Source of the DNA: Candidatus Levybacteria bacterium CG2_30_37_29
GTDB taxonomy: Bacteria; Patescibacteriota; Microgenomatia; Levybacterales; GWA1-39-11
Reading direction: 5' to 3'
DNA: 64,000 nt
Assembly (NCBI GenBank): GCA_001873215.1
Contig: MNYS01000005.1
Span: forward strand, 1,367-65,366
The position numbers and the translations under genes are program-made. Below are positions 18,415-28,164 of the stretch, piece by piece (position 1 is the first letter of the stretch; each line of letters opens with the position of its first letter). The notes beneath the pieces are model-generated. The model did no database searches, was not told the origin of the DNA, and was given only the letters and a program-made list of their open reading frames with translations.

Positions 18415-19196
18415 AAGCTAAAAACCTATTCCCTAAAACCTATAACCTAACCATAGGTTGGCTTTATCCCGAATTAATGTCTACCTATGGTGACCGCGGA
18501 AATATTATAGTTTTACAAAAGCGTTGTGAGTGGAGAAATATAAATGTTCGAATAGAAAAAATCTCACCGGATACAGAATACCAAATACTAGATACATGCG
18601 ATCTTTTCTTTATGGGTGGCGCGCAAGATACGCAGCAGGAAATTGTAAATCATGATTTGTTCGGGAAAAAAGGTTCGGCACTAAAGAAAAAAATTGAACA
18701 GGGAACTCCCGGTCTTTTTATCTGCGGCGCATATCAATTCTTGGGTAAATATTATAAAACAGCCGACGGAAAAATCCTTGAAGGGTTGAAAATTTTTCCA
18801 AGCTACACTGAAAACCCGGGAGAAAATGTCAATCGTCTAATCGGCAATATTATTATCGAACCTAATTCTAGTACCTATAACCTAAAACCTAAAACCTATA
18901 TTGTAGGGTTTGAAAACCACGGAGGAAGAACATATTTAGAAGATAAATCAATGACCTTTGCAACCGTTAAAAAAGGTTCTGGAAACAACGGAAAGGACAA
19001 AACCGAGGGAATTATGTATAAAAATTCAATCGGAACATATCTTCACGGACCGATTCTGCCTAAAAATCCAGAAATAGCCGACTGGCTGATAGAAAAAGCT
19101 GTGGAGGTTAAATACGGAGAAAAAATTGAACTCGAACCCTTAGATGACTCTCTCGAACAAAAAGCAAAAGATGTTGTTGTAAAAAGAAATTCTTAA
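18411..19196 (+). CDS. gatD: Lipid II isoglutaminyl synthase glutaminase subunit GatD (CobQ-like GATase)
   Basis: 'LTIGWLYPELMSTYGDRGN', 'LFFMGGAQD', catalytic 'LFICGAYQFLG'; 4-nt overlap with murT. Confidence 0.8.
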   Translation: MKAKNLFPKTYNLTIGWLYPELMSTYGDRGNIIVLQKRCEWRNINVRIEKISPDTEYQILDTCDLFFMGGAQDTQQEIVNHDLFGKKGSALKKKIEQGTPGLFICGAYQFLGKYYKTADGKILEGLKIFPSYTENPGENVNRLIGNIIIEPNSSTYNLKPKTYIVGFENHGGRTYLEDKSMTFATVKKGSGNNGKDKTEGIMYKNSIGTYLHGPILPKNPEIADWLIEKAVEVKYGEKIELEPLDDSLEQKAKDVVVKRNS

Positions 19197-19202
19197 ATAT
19201 AG

Positions 19203-19883
19203 CTACGAACAAATTAACCAAGCAAATTCTTGGGAATGCTCGACAAACTCAGCTTTACCGGATAACCTAAGAACTGTTTTATTAAATATATCTTTTCTAT
19301 ACGTACTTGGTGTACCCATAACAAAATGTTTTCGTATTTTATAAAATACCTCACACAGACTATCATCTCTTGAACCCACATCCCATGGGTTTCGTTTAGT
19401 TTCAGGATCATAATACCTTGCATCTACATCAACCAAATAAATTTTATTTTTTCCACCTTTTACAGAACCATACACGTATTGTTCGCTTCTATCAATGTCC
19501 CACAAAAAAGGTTCACTTCTATTTTCGAATTTATATTCAAAATATCCCATAATTCCAGCAACTAGTTCATCGACTAATTTTTGGCTGGCTGTATCGACTC
19601 CTAACCCATCTACGAAATTACTAACCATTGTTAGTCCCTTCTCCGTAATAACAAAATCTGTTGGAACTACACTAATGCCAAATTGATTTAAAAGGTTAAA
19701 TTCATTCCTTGTTACCTTCGCGCGGGTTAATTGATTACTACCCTGACCCCATCTTACAACGTATTTTCGATCAGGATTTTGCGCGTGATTTAATGAGATA
19801 TCATAGGCAAATTGATCTATAGCATCACCCCTAAACGGAGAATAATTCCAATGTTCATTTTTCATGTAGTTATTATATTTCAC
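19203..19883 (-). CDS. Hypothetical protein (226 aa), possible kinase-like fold
   Basis: Clean ORF antisense to flanking operons; motifs 'LWDIDRSEQYVYG' and 'IYLVDVDARYY'. Confidence 0.5.
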   Translation of the reverse strand: MKYNNYMKNEHWNYSPFRGDAIDQFAYDISLNHAQNPDRKYVVRWGQGSNQLTRAKVTRNEFNLLNQFGISVVPTDFVITEKGLTMVSNFVDGLGVDTASQKLVDELVAGIMGYFEYKFENRSEPFLWDIDRSEQYVYGSVKGGKNKIYLVDVDARYYDPETKRNPWDVGSRDDSLCEVFYKIRKHFVMGTPSTYRKDIFNKTVLRLSGKAEFVEHSQEFAWLICS

Positions 19884-19908
19884 TATAGGTTATTTATCAA
19901 CTAACTAC

Positions 19909-19937
19909 TTGCTTGAATAAGTCAACAAACATATAAT
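19909..19937 (+). promoter_or_regulatory. Consensus-like promoter TTGCTT-17-TATAAT, -10 ends 6 nt before gatC ATG (leaderless)
   Basis: -35 19909-19914, -10 19932-19937, ATG 19944. Confidence 0.5.
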
Positions 19938-19943
19938 AACTGT

Positions 19944-20231
19944 ATGAAGATTGATGTAAAAAAAGTCGCAACATTGGCAAATCTTACGCTAACTCCGCAA
20001 GAAGAACACAAGTTTGAAAAACAGTTATCAGAAATCCTTACCTACGTTGAAAAATTGAATGATGTTGATGTAGAAGGGGTTGAACCAACTTCACAAGTAA
20101 CAGGACTTACAAATGTCACAAAAAATGACAATTTTTCAGACGATTCTCTATCTCAAAACGCAGCACTTTCAGGCGCAAAAAATCAAAACAATGGTTTTTT
20201 CAAAGTAAAGGCAATATTTGATAACGAATAG
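19944..20231 (+). CDS. gatC: Asp-tRNA(Asn)/Glu-tRNA(Gln) amidotransferase subunit C
   Basis: 'MKIDVKKVATLANLTLTPQEEHKFEKQLSEIL…KLNDVDVEGVEP'. Confidence 0.9.
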   Translation: MKIDVKKVATLANLTLTPQEEHKFEKQLSEILTYVEKLNDVDVEGVEPTSQVTGLTNVTKNDNFSDDSLSQNAALSGAKNQNNGFFKVKAIFDNE

Positions 20232-20256
20232 GGTTTAGTGAATAGGGAATAGATAT

Positions 20257-21678
20257 ATGGATGTAACGAATCTTACAATAGAATCAATCTTAGACGGATA
20301 CAAGAACAAAAAGTTTTCGGTAAACGAAGTTGTAGAATCATATCTTAAACGAATCAAACGACATGATAAGGAATTAAACTCTTTTATTACAGTTTGTGAA
20401 AAAGAAGCACTTGAGGAAGCAAAGAAAAAAGATGAAGATTTAGCCAACGGTGTTAAGTTACCGCTTTTGGGACTTCCGATTGCCCTCAAAGATATGTTTT
20501 CAACAAAAGGAATTAGGACTACGGCTGCATCAAATGTCTTGAAAGATTATATTCCCTCCTACAACGCAACTGTTGTTGACAGATTAAAAGACGCAGGCGC
20601 AATAATTTTGGGAAAAACAAATCATGATGCATGGGCACACGGATCAAGCGGTGAGAATTCGGATTTCGGACCGACTAAAAATCCATGGAATAAAGAATAT
20701 ACGCCCGGCGGGTCAAGCAGCGGATCTGCAGTTGCGGTTGCTGCAGGGCTTACTCCTATTGCCACTGGAACTGATACAGGTGGCTCAATACGCCTTCCCG
20801 CATCATTTACTAATGTTGTAGGTCTTAAACCCACTTATGGAAGAGTTTCACGCTTCGGAATTATTTCTATGGCGTCAAGTCTTGACTCAATAGGTCATTT
20901 CACAAAAACAGTGTCTGATTCGGCGAGAATTCTTCAAACTACTGCGGGTAAAGATGGCTATGACGCTACTTTATCCTCAGACAAACCTAAAAATTATTTA
21001 AAGAATCTTAAAAATGGAATAAAGGGATTAAGGCTAGGAGTACCAAAAGAATTTGTTACAAAAGGGCTTCAAAAAGAAGTAAAAAATGCATTTGAAGGGG
21101 CTGTTAAGATTCTTGAAGATCTGGGGGCGGAAACACTAGAAGTATCTCTTCCTCATACAGAATACGGGATCGCGACTTATTATGTTATTCAAACTGCAGA
21201 AGTAAGCTCAAATCTTGCAAGGTTTGACGGGATAAGATTTGGAAATAAAAGAACAGAATTTGGTGACGAAGCAAAACGCCGAATTATGCTCGGAACATTT
21301 ACTCTCTCCGCAGGGTATTATGATGCATATTATAAAAGAGCAATGCAGGTCCGAACATTAGTCCGCAAAGACTATGAAAAAGCCTTTGATTTGTCATCTG
21401 GCGGAGTTGACGCAATTATAGTCCCCGCTTCACCAACTACTCCTTGGAGACTTGGAGAAAAAGTAAATGATCCGCTTGCAATGTATCTATCAGACGCGCT
21501 TACTGTGACCGCAAACATTGCGGGCATTCCGGGACTTTCTGTACCTGCAGGGTTTAATAATGGCTTACCAGTAGGAATTCAAATTCTTGGTCCGCAATTT
21601 TCTGAAGACTTGCTTTTTAGAATTGGCTATTCTTTTGAACAAAAAACTGAGTATTACAAACAAACACCAAATCTATGA
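20257..21678 (+). CDS. gatA: Glutamyl-tRNA(Gln) amidotransferase subunit A (amidase signature)
   Basis: 'GGSSSGSAVAVAAG…TDTGGSIRLPAS'. Confidence 0.95.
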   Translation: MDVTNLTIESILDGYKNKKFSVNEVVESYLKRIKRHDKELNSFITVCEKEALEEAKKKDEDLANGVKLPLLGLPIALKDMFSTKGIRTTAASNVLKDYIPSYNATVVDRLKDAGAIILGKTNHDAWAHGSSGENSDFGPTKNPWNKEYTPGGSSSGSAVAVAAGLTPIATGTDTGGSIRLPASFTNVVGLKPTYGRVSRFGIISMASSLDSIGHFTKTVSDSARILQTTAGKDGYDATLSSDKPKNYLKNLKNGIKGLRLGVPKEFVTKGLQKEVKNAFEGAVKILEDLGAETLEVSLPHTEYGIATYYVIQTAEVSSNLARFDGIRFGNKRTEFGDEAKRRIMLGTFTLSAGYYDAYYKRAMQVRTLVRKDYEKAFDLSSGGVDAIIVPASPTTPWRLGEKVNDPLAMYLSDALTVTANIAGIPGLSVPAGFNNGLPVGIQILGPQFSEDLLFRIGYSFEQKTEYYKQTPNL

Positions 21679-23012
21679 AATATACACCGGTAATCGGACT
21701 TGAAGTTCACGTAGAGCTAAAAACACAAACTAAAATGTTTTGTGGCTGTAGTGCCGATTATTTTGGAAAAAATCCGAATACTTATACATGCCCCGTATGT
21801 CTTGGACTTCCTGGTGCTCTCCCCTACCCAAATAAACTTGCCATAGAATGGTGTGTAAAAATTGCGCTTTCACTAAACTGCAAAATCAAAGAATTTTCAA
21901 AGTTTGACCGCAAAAACTATTTCTATCCTGACCTTCCCAAGGGATATCAAATATCCCAATACGATTTACCTTTCGGCCACGATGGATTCATAGAAGTATT
22001 TAAAGAAAAAGGTTCTACGGATGTTAAGAAAATAGGAATTACACGAGTTCACATGGAAGAAGATACAGGAAAACTTACTCACGCAATTGTCTCAAATGAA
22101 AAAGTAAGTCTTATTGATTTTAACAGGTCCGGAGTTCCTTTGGTTGAGATAGTTACAGAACCGGATTTTGAGAATGAATATCAAGTTATTCAATATCTAC
22201 AAAAACTTCAGAAAATTGTCCGCTATTTAGGAGTATCAAACGCTGACATGGAAAAGGGAGACATGCGTCTTGAACCCAACATTTCCCTATCCAAACCAAA
22301 CACAAAAGGTTTACCTAATTATAAAGTTGAAGTAAAAAATATAAATTCATTCAGATTTGTTGACAGGGCAATACAGTTTGAAGTCAAACGTCAAACAGCA
22401 CTTTTAGATAAAAACCAAACTCCAAAACAGGAAACTCGCGGCTGGAATGAAGTAAAAAATGAAACCGTATCTCAAAGATCCAAGGAGGAAGCACATGACT
22501 ATCGTTACTTTCCGGAACCGGATATCCCTCCTATTGAGTTTACGGAAGATGAAATTACAAGTCTAAAAAGCTCTATTCCAGAATTACCAGATGAAAAATT
22601 TAAAAGATTCGAACAAAAATACAATCTTACATCCTACGATTCGGAAATTTTAACAAGAGAAAAAGGATTAGCGGATTATTTTGAAGAGGTGGTAAAAGTC
22701 GGAAAAAAATATCAAGTTTTACCAAAACAAATAGCAAATGAGATTATAAACACAAAAGTAAATACTGAAGAAATATTCCCAGCAAAACTTGTAGAAATTA
22801 TTTTAGAAAACAAAAAAACAGAAACAGTCGATGAATCTGAACTATTCTCAGTTGTAACTTCTGTACTTACAGAAAATGCGAAGGCGGTCGAAGAATATAA
22901 AAATGGTAAAGAGAACGTTTTGCAATTTTTAATAGGACAAACAATGAGAAAATTGGGGAAAAAAGTTGACTTAAACGCCGTCAAAAGTGCTATACTAGAA
23001 AAGCTAAAGTAA
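21675..23012 (+). CDS. gatB: Asp/Glu-tRNA amidotransferase subunit B
   Basis: 'VIGLEVHVELKTQTKMFCGCS…TCPVCLGLPGALP'. Confidence 0.95.
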   Translation: MKYTPVIGLEVHVELKTQTKMFCGCSADYFGKNPNTYTCPVCLGLPGALPYPNKLAIEWCVKIALSLNCKIKEFSKFDRKNYFYPDLPKGYQISQYDLPFGHDGFIEVFKEKGSTDVKKIGITRVHMEEDTGKLTHAIVSNEKVSLIDFNRSGVPLVEIVTEPDFENEYQVIQYLQKLQKIVRYLGVSNADMEKGDMRLEPNISLSKPNTKGLPNYKVEVKNINSFRFVDRAIQFEVKRQTALLDKNQTPKQETRGWNEVKNETVSQRSKEEAHDYRYFPEPDIPPIEFTEDEITSLKSSIPELPDEKFKRFEQKYNLTSYDSEILTREKGLADYFEEVVKVGKKYQVLPKQIANEIINTKVNTEEIFPAKLVEIILENKKTETVDESELFSVVTSVLTENAKAVEEYKNGKENVLQFLIGQTMRKLGKKVDLNAVKSAILEKLK

Positions 23013-23036
23013 TCTCGGTTTACCCGAGCAACTCGT

Positions 23037-26000
23037 ATGGCTGATTTTGTTCATCTTCATAACCACAGCGAATATTCTCTTCTTGATGGCCTTTCAAAAA
23101 CAGCAGAAATGGTAGCACGGGCAAAAGAACTGGGAATGTCTTCAATTGCCATAACAGACCATGGAAATTTATACGGTGCAATAAGATTCTACAAAGAATG
23201 CAAAGAGCAAGGCATAAAACCAATAATAGGATGTGAAATATATGTCGCAAAAAGGTCACGTTTTGATAAAACTACGGATGATAAAGACTACAACCATTTA
23301 ATCCTTCTTGCAAAAAACCAAATAGGATATAAAAATCTTATGAAAATTGTAACTTCTTCCCATCTTGAGGGATTTTATTACAAACCGAGAACTGACTTAG
23401 AATTGTTAAAAAAATATAAAGACGGATTAATTTGTCTCTCTGCTTGTCTTAGCGGATATATTTCAGAGCCTCTTCTTGCAGGACAAAAAGAAGAAGCAAT
23501 TTTAAAAGCAAAAACACTCTATGAAATTTACGGTGGAGATTTTTACCTTGAACTTCAAAAACATATTAATATCCCAAGACAAGATGAGTTAAATATAAAA
23601 CTATTGGCATTATCCAGAAAATTGGGTATTCCGGTGGTAGCTACAAATGACAATCATTACATAAATAAAGATGATGCAGAAGCACAAGAAATACTTCTTT
23701 GCATAGGAACTCAAACAACGATTATTACAGCTGATAGAAAACTTTCTATGCTAAACTCTCCTGATTTTTACATAAAAGACCAAAAGGAAATGCAGAAACT
23801 TTTTTCAGACACCCCTGACGCATTAGAAAACACATTAAAAATTGCAGAAAAATGCAATTTAGAAATAACACTTGGAAAATGGATTATGCCCACTTTTGAA
23901 GTTCCTGCAAGTAAAACTCCTGCCGAGTATCTGACCGAACTTGTTGATAAAGGTTTAAAAGAAAGATATAAAACAGTGACTGAGGAAATTAAAGAAAGAG
24001 TAAAGTATGAACTGTCAATTATTATAAATAAAGGATACGAAGCTTATTTTTTAATTGTACAAGACTTTGCAAATTGGGCAAAGAATAATGAAATTTCCGT
24101 CGGACCGGGAAGAGGATCGGCTGCAGGTTCCGTGGTTTCATATGCACTTAATATTACAGACGTTGATCCGTTTTTTTTCAAACTTCCATTTGAAAGATTT
24201 CTAAATCCTTTCCGTCCTTCAGCTCCTGATATTGATCTGGACTTTGCAGATACTAGACGCGATGAAGTAATAAAATATGTAACTTCAAAATATGGAGATG
24301 ATAAGGTAGCACAAATAATAACATTCGGTACCATGGAAGCAAGAGGTGCCGTTCGTGACGCGGGACGGGCGCTAGGAATGCCATATGCTGTTCCGGACAG
24401 AATAGCAAAAATGATTCCACCGGGATGGCAGGGACACGCAATGACTATTGAAAAAGCACTTGAACAAAGCCCTGACCTAAAAAGAGCTTACCGTGAAGAA
24501 AACGACACTAAAAGACTTCTTGATGTTGCAAAAAAACTTGAAGGAGTTGCGCGTCATGCATCAACTCACGCTGCAGGAGTTGTGATTGCCAACAAAAATC
24601 TAACCGAATACACTCCTCTTCAAAGAGAAAGTAACGGAGAAAGAATTGTTACTCAGTATGACATGTATACAGTCGGTGAAGACGGTGTTGGCCTTCTAAA
24701 AATGGATTTTTTGGGACTTCGCAACCTTACAATTATTGAAGAAACGTTACGTTTTGTAAAACAAAATCAAAACATTTCCCTTGACGTTTCAAAATTTCCT
24801 CTCGATGACAAAAAAACCTACAAACTTCTTTCAAATGCAGAAACAACAGGAATTTTTCAATTAGAGTCAGCAGGAATGAGAAGATATATAAAAGAACTAC
24901 AACCTTCTTCAATTTTTGACCTCATGGCAATGGTTGCATTATATCGACCCGGTCCTATGCAAAACATTCCTGAATTTATCGCACGAAAGCATAACCCCTC
25001 TCTTATAAAATATCCAGATGAAAGACTTAAGGATGTTCTTTCCCAATCATATGGCATACTGGCATACCAAGACGATGTACTCCTTACATCAATTGCTATC
25101 GCAGGATACACATGGCTTGACGCTGATAAATTCAGAAAAGCTATGGGCAAAAAAATTCCTGCCGTGATGAAAAAACAGGAAGAGACTTTTGTTAAAGGAG
25201 CTGTAAAAAATGGACTTACCCAAAAAAAAGCCGAAGAAATTTATAATCTAATTGCACCTTTTGCGGGATACGGTTTTAATAAAGCTCACGCCTCTTGTTA
25301 TGCGACTATTGCATTTAGAACCGCTTATTTAAAGGCCCACTACTCAGTAGAATTTATGACAGCTCTTCTTACTGCTGAAAGCAGGGGCTCAACCGGTCCT
25401 GCAAAAAATGAAAAAATTTCACAAGCAGTCGCAGAATGCAGACGACTGAATGTTAACGTATTACCTCCTTCTATTAATTTCTCTGGGGACGAATTCAGCA
25501 TAGAAGATACGAAAAACGTCAGGTTTGGATTATCAGCAATAAAAAATGTCGGAAGTGCTGCAATATCAACTATTCTTGGAGCAAGGGCCAATGGAAAATT
25601 TGAAAGTTTTTCAGATTTTTGCCTTAGAGTTGATCTTTCAAAAGTAAATAAAAAAACTCTCGAAAGTCTTATAAAAGCCGGGGCTATGGATGAATTTGGA
25701 AAACGTGCATCTCTTTTATATGCAATTTCTTCAACCGTAGATAGAATCACAAAAGAAAAAAATAAAGTAAAGTCCCAAGCTAGTCTTTTTGATAACGAAC
25801 CTCCTTCTAAGATTTCATACGAAGGAAACATACCTTTAGATCTTGAAGAATTTAGCGATAAAGAAAAACTTTTGTTTGAAAAAGAACTTCTTGGTTTTTT
25901 TCTCTCCGACCATCCGTTGTCTGCGGAATTAGATAATTTAATAAAATATATTTCACATCAAATTCAAAATCTTATAGAAACTCCGGAAGGAACAAGAATA

Positions 26001-26264
26001 AAAGTAGGTGGCCTTCTTTCAGGTGTGAAAAAAATTATTACTAAAAAAAGCAACAGCGAAATGGCATTTATTACTCTTGAAGATCATGCCGGTTTTTCAA
26101 TAGAATGTGTTGTTTTTCCGAAAACGTTTGAGCAATATAAAAATATATTACTACGAGATACAATCGTGTTGATTTCTGGCAAATTGGACTTCAAGGACGA
26201 AATACCTGTTATACTTGTAGATACTATTGAAAGGTACAAAAATACTAATCAAACAACTAATTAA
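23037..26264 (+). CDS. dnaE: DNA polymerase III alpha subunit
   Basis: 'FVHLHNHSEYSLLDG' PHP N-terminus, 1075 aa. Confidence 0.95.
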   Translation: MADFVHLHNHSEYSLLDGLSKTAEMVARAKELGMSSIAITDHGNLYGAIRFYKECKEQGIKPIIGCEIYVAKRSRFDKTTDDKDYNHLILLAKNQIGYKNLMKIVTSSHLEGFYYKPRTDLELLKKYKDGLICLSACLSGYISEPLLAGQKEEAILKAKTLYEIYGGDFYLELQKHINIPRQDELNIKLLALSRKLGIPVVATNDNHYINKDDAEAQEILLCIGTQTTIITADRKLSMLNSPDFYIKDQKEMQKLFSDTPDALENTLKIAEKCNLEITLGKWIMPTFEVPASKTPAEYLTELVDKGLKERYKTVTEEIKERVKYELSIIINKGYEAYFLIVQDFANWAKNNEISVGPGRGSAAGSVVSYALNITDVDPFFFKLPFERFLNPFRPSAPDIDLDFADTRRDEVIKYVTSKYGDDKVAQIITFGTMEARGAVRDAGRALGMPYAVPDRIAKMIPPGWQGHAMTIEKALEQSPDLKRAYREENDTKRLLDVAKKLEGVARHASTHAAGVVIANKNLTEYTPLQRESNGERIVTQYDMYTVGEDGVGLLKMDFLGLRNLTIIEETLRFVKQNQNISLDVSKFPLDDKKTYKLLSNAETTGIFQLESAGMRRYIKELQPSSIFDLMAMVALYRPGPMQNIPEFIARKHNPSLIKYPDERLKDVLSQSYGILAYQDDVLLTSIAIAGYTWLDADKFRKAMGKKIPAVMKKQEETFVKGAVKNGLTQKKAEEIYNLIAPFAGYGFNKAHASCYATIAFRTAYLKAHYSVEFMTALLTAESRGSTGPAKNEKISQAVAECRRLNVNVLPPSINFSGDEFSIEDTKNVRFGLSAIKNVGSAAISTILGARANGKFESFSDFCLRVDLSKVNKKTLESLIKAGAMDEFGKRASLLYAISSTVDRITKEKNKVKSQASLFDNEPPSKISYEGNIPLDLEEFSDKEKLLFEKELLGFFLSDHPLSAELDNLIKYISHQIQNLIETPEGTRIKVGGLLSGVKKIITKKSNSEMAFITLEDHAGFSIECVVFPKTFEQYKNILLRDTIVLISGKLDFKDEIPVILVDTIERYKNTNQTTN

Positions 26265-26278
26265 TAACAATATGCGTG

Positions 26279-26307
26279 TTGACTCTTCTCTGTAAATTTT
26301 ATAAAAT
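26279..26307 (+). promoter_or_regulatory. Promoter TTGACT-17-TAAAAT for atp operon, -10 ends 9 nt before atpB ATG
   Basis: -35 26279-26284, -10 26302-26307. Confidence 0.45.
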
Positions 26308-26316
26308 TAATATTCA

Positions 26317-27263
<947 letters not shown>

Positions 27264-27284
27264 AAGGAACTAACCTTTTTACAT

Positions 27285-27785
27285 ATGGAATTATTTAAAA
27301 ACTTTGGCTTTCAACCAGAATTTTTTGTTGCACAGATTATTAATTTTTTAATATTGGCTTTTGTATTTAAAAAATTTCTTTACAAACCAATGTTAAAAGT
27401 ATTACGTGACAGACAAAAAAAAATAATAAAAGGGATAGAAGATGCACAGAATGCTCATATCGCTCTTGAGGAAGCTCAACAAAAAAGGGATGAGCTTCTA
27501 AAAAAAACGGCAAGTGAAGCGGAGAAAATTTTGGAAGATACAAAAAAGGCTTCTGAGAAGATGAGGGAAGATTTCCTATCTAAATCCCAAACAGAAGCTG
27601 CAAAGATTATTCAGGATGCTAAGCGTGAGATTGTTTCTGAAAAAGAGCAGCTTGAAAAACAAGCTAAAGAAATGTCTTTGGAGTTATCAGAAAAAGTATT
27701 GGAAAAAGTTATAGAAGAATTATTTACAAAAGATGAAAAAGAAAGGATATTAAAAAGAAATATTGCACGTATTCAAAAAGCTTAA
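27285..27785 (+). CDS. atpF: F0F1 ATP synthase subunit b
   Basis: N-terminal TM + long charged coiled coil. Confidence 0.85.
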   Translation: MELFKNFGFQPEFFVAQIINFLILAFVFKKFLYKPMLKVLRDRQKKIIKGIEDAQNAHIALEEAQQKRDELLKKTASEAEKILEDTKKASEKMREDFLSKSQTEAAKIIQDAKREIVSEKEQLEKQAKEMSLELSEKVLEKVIEELFTKDEKERILKRNIARIQKA

Positions 27786-27789
27786 CAAC

Positions 27790-28143
27790 ATGAATAGACA
27801 ACAATTAAAAAAATTAGCAGACCTTACTATTGCATTGGAAAATGTAGATGAAGGTGTTGTAAAATATGTTTCGGAGAAATTGTCACGTTCTGACTTAAAA
27901 GAATATTTATTATTGTTAAAAAAACTTGTCAACAATAATACTGTATATGTAAAAACAGACATAGATATATCTCGTGATGTTAAAAAAACTATTTCGGAAA
28001 TGTTTCCGGGAAAAAAGATGGTTTTTGAAAAAGATACTTTTTCCGGAGGAGGAGTTTCTATCAAAACGGGAGATAATATTTTTAATTTAAGCGTAAAAAA
28101 TTATATTAATCAAACAGTTGAAACGTTAAAAGAACAGCTATAA
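27790..28143 (+). CDS. atpH: F0F1 ATP synthase subunit delta (short, ~117 aa)
   Basis: C-terminal 'GGGVSIKTGDNIFNLSVKN' OSCP-like; position between atpF and atpA. Confidence 0.75.
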   Translation: MNRQQLKKLADLTIALENVDEGVVKYVSEKLSRSDLKEYLLLLKKLVNNNTVYVKTDIDISRDVKKTISEMFPGKKMVFEKDTFSGGGVSIKTGDNIFNLSVKNYINQTVETLKEQL

Positions 28144-28164
28144 AATGATTTTATATAAAAAAAT

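Noticed and set aside
18432-18900. AACCT/CCTAAAACCT repeat clusters as a possible CRISPR array or mobile remnant
   Set aside because: Only two clusters, both in-frame within gatD and encoding related peptide motifs; no regular spacer-repeat architecture and no cas genes.
25340-25831. 163-aa minus-strand ORF inside dnaE
   Set aside because: Antisense to the conserved dnaE coding sequence; spurious.
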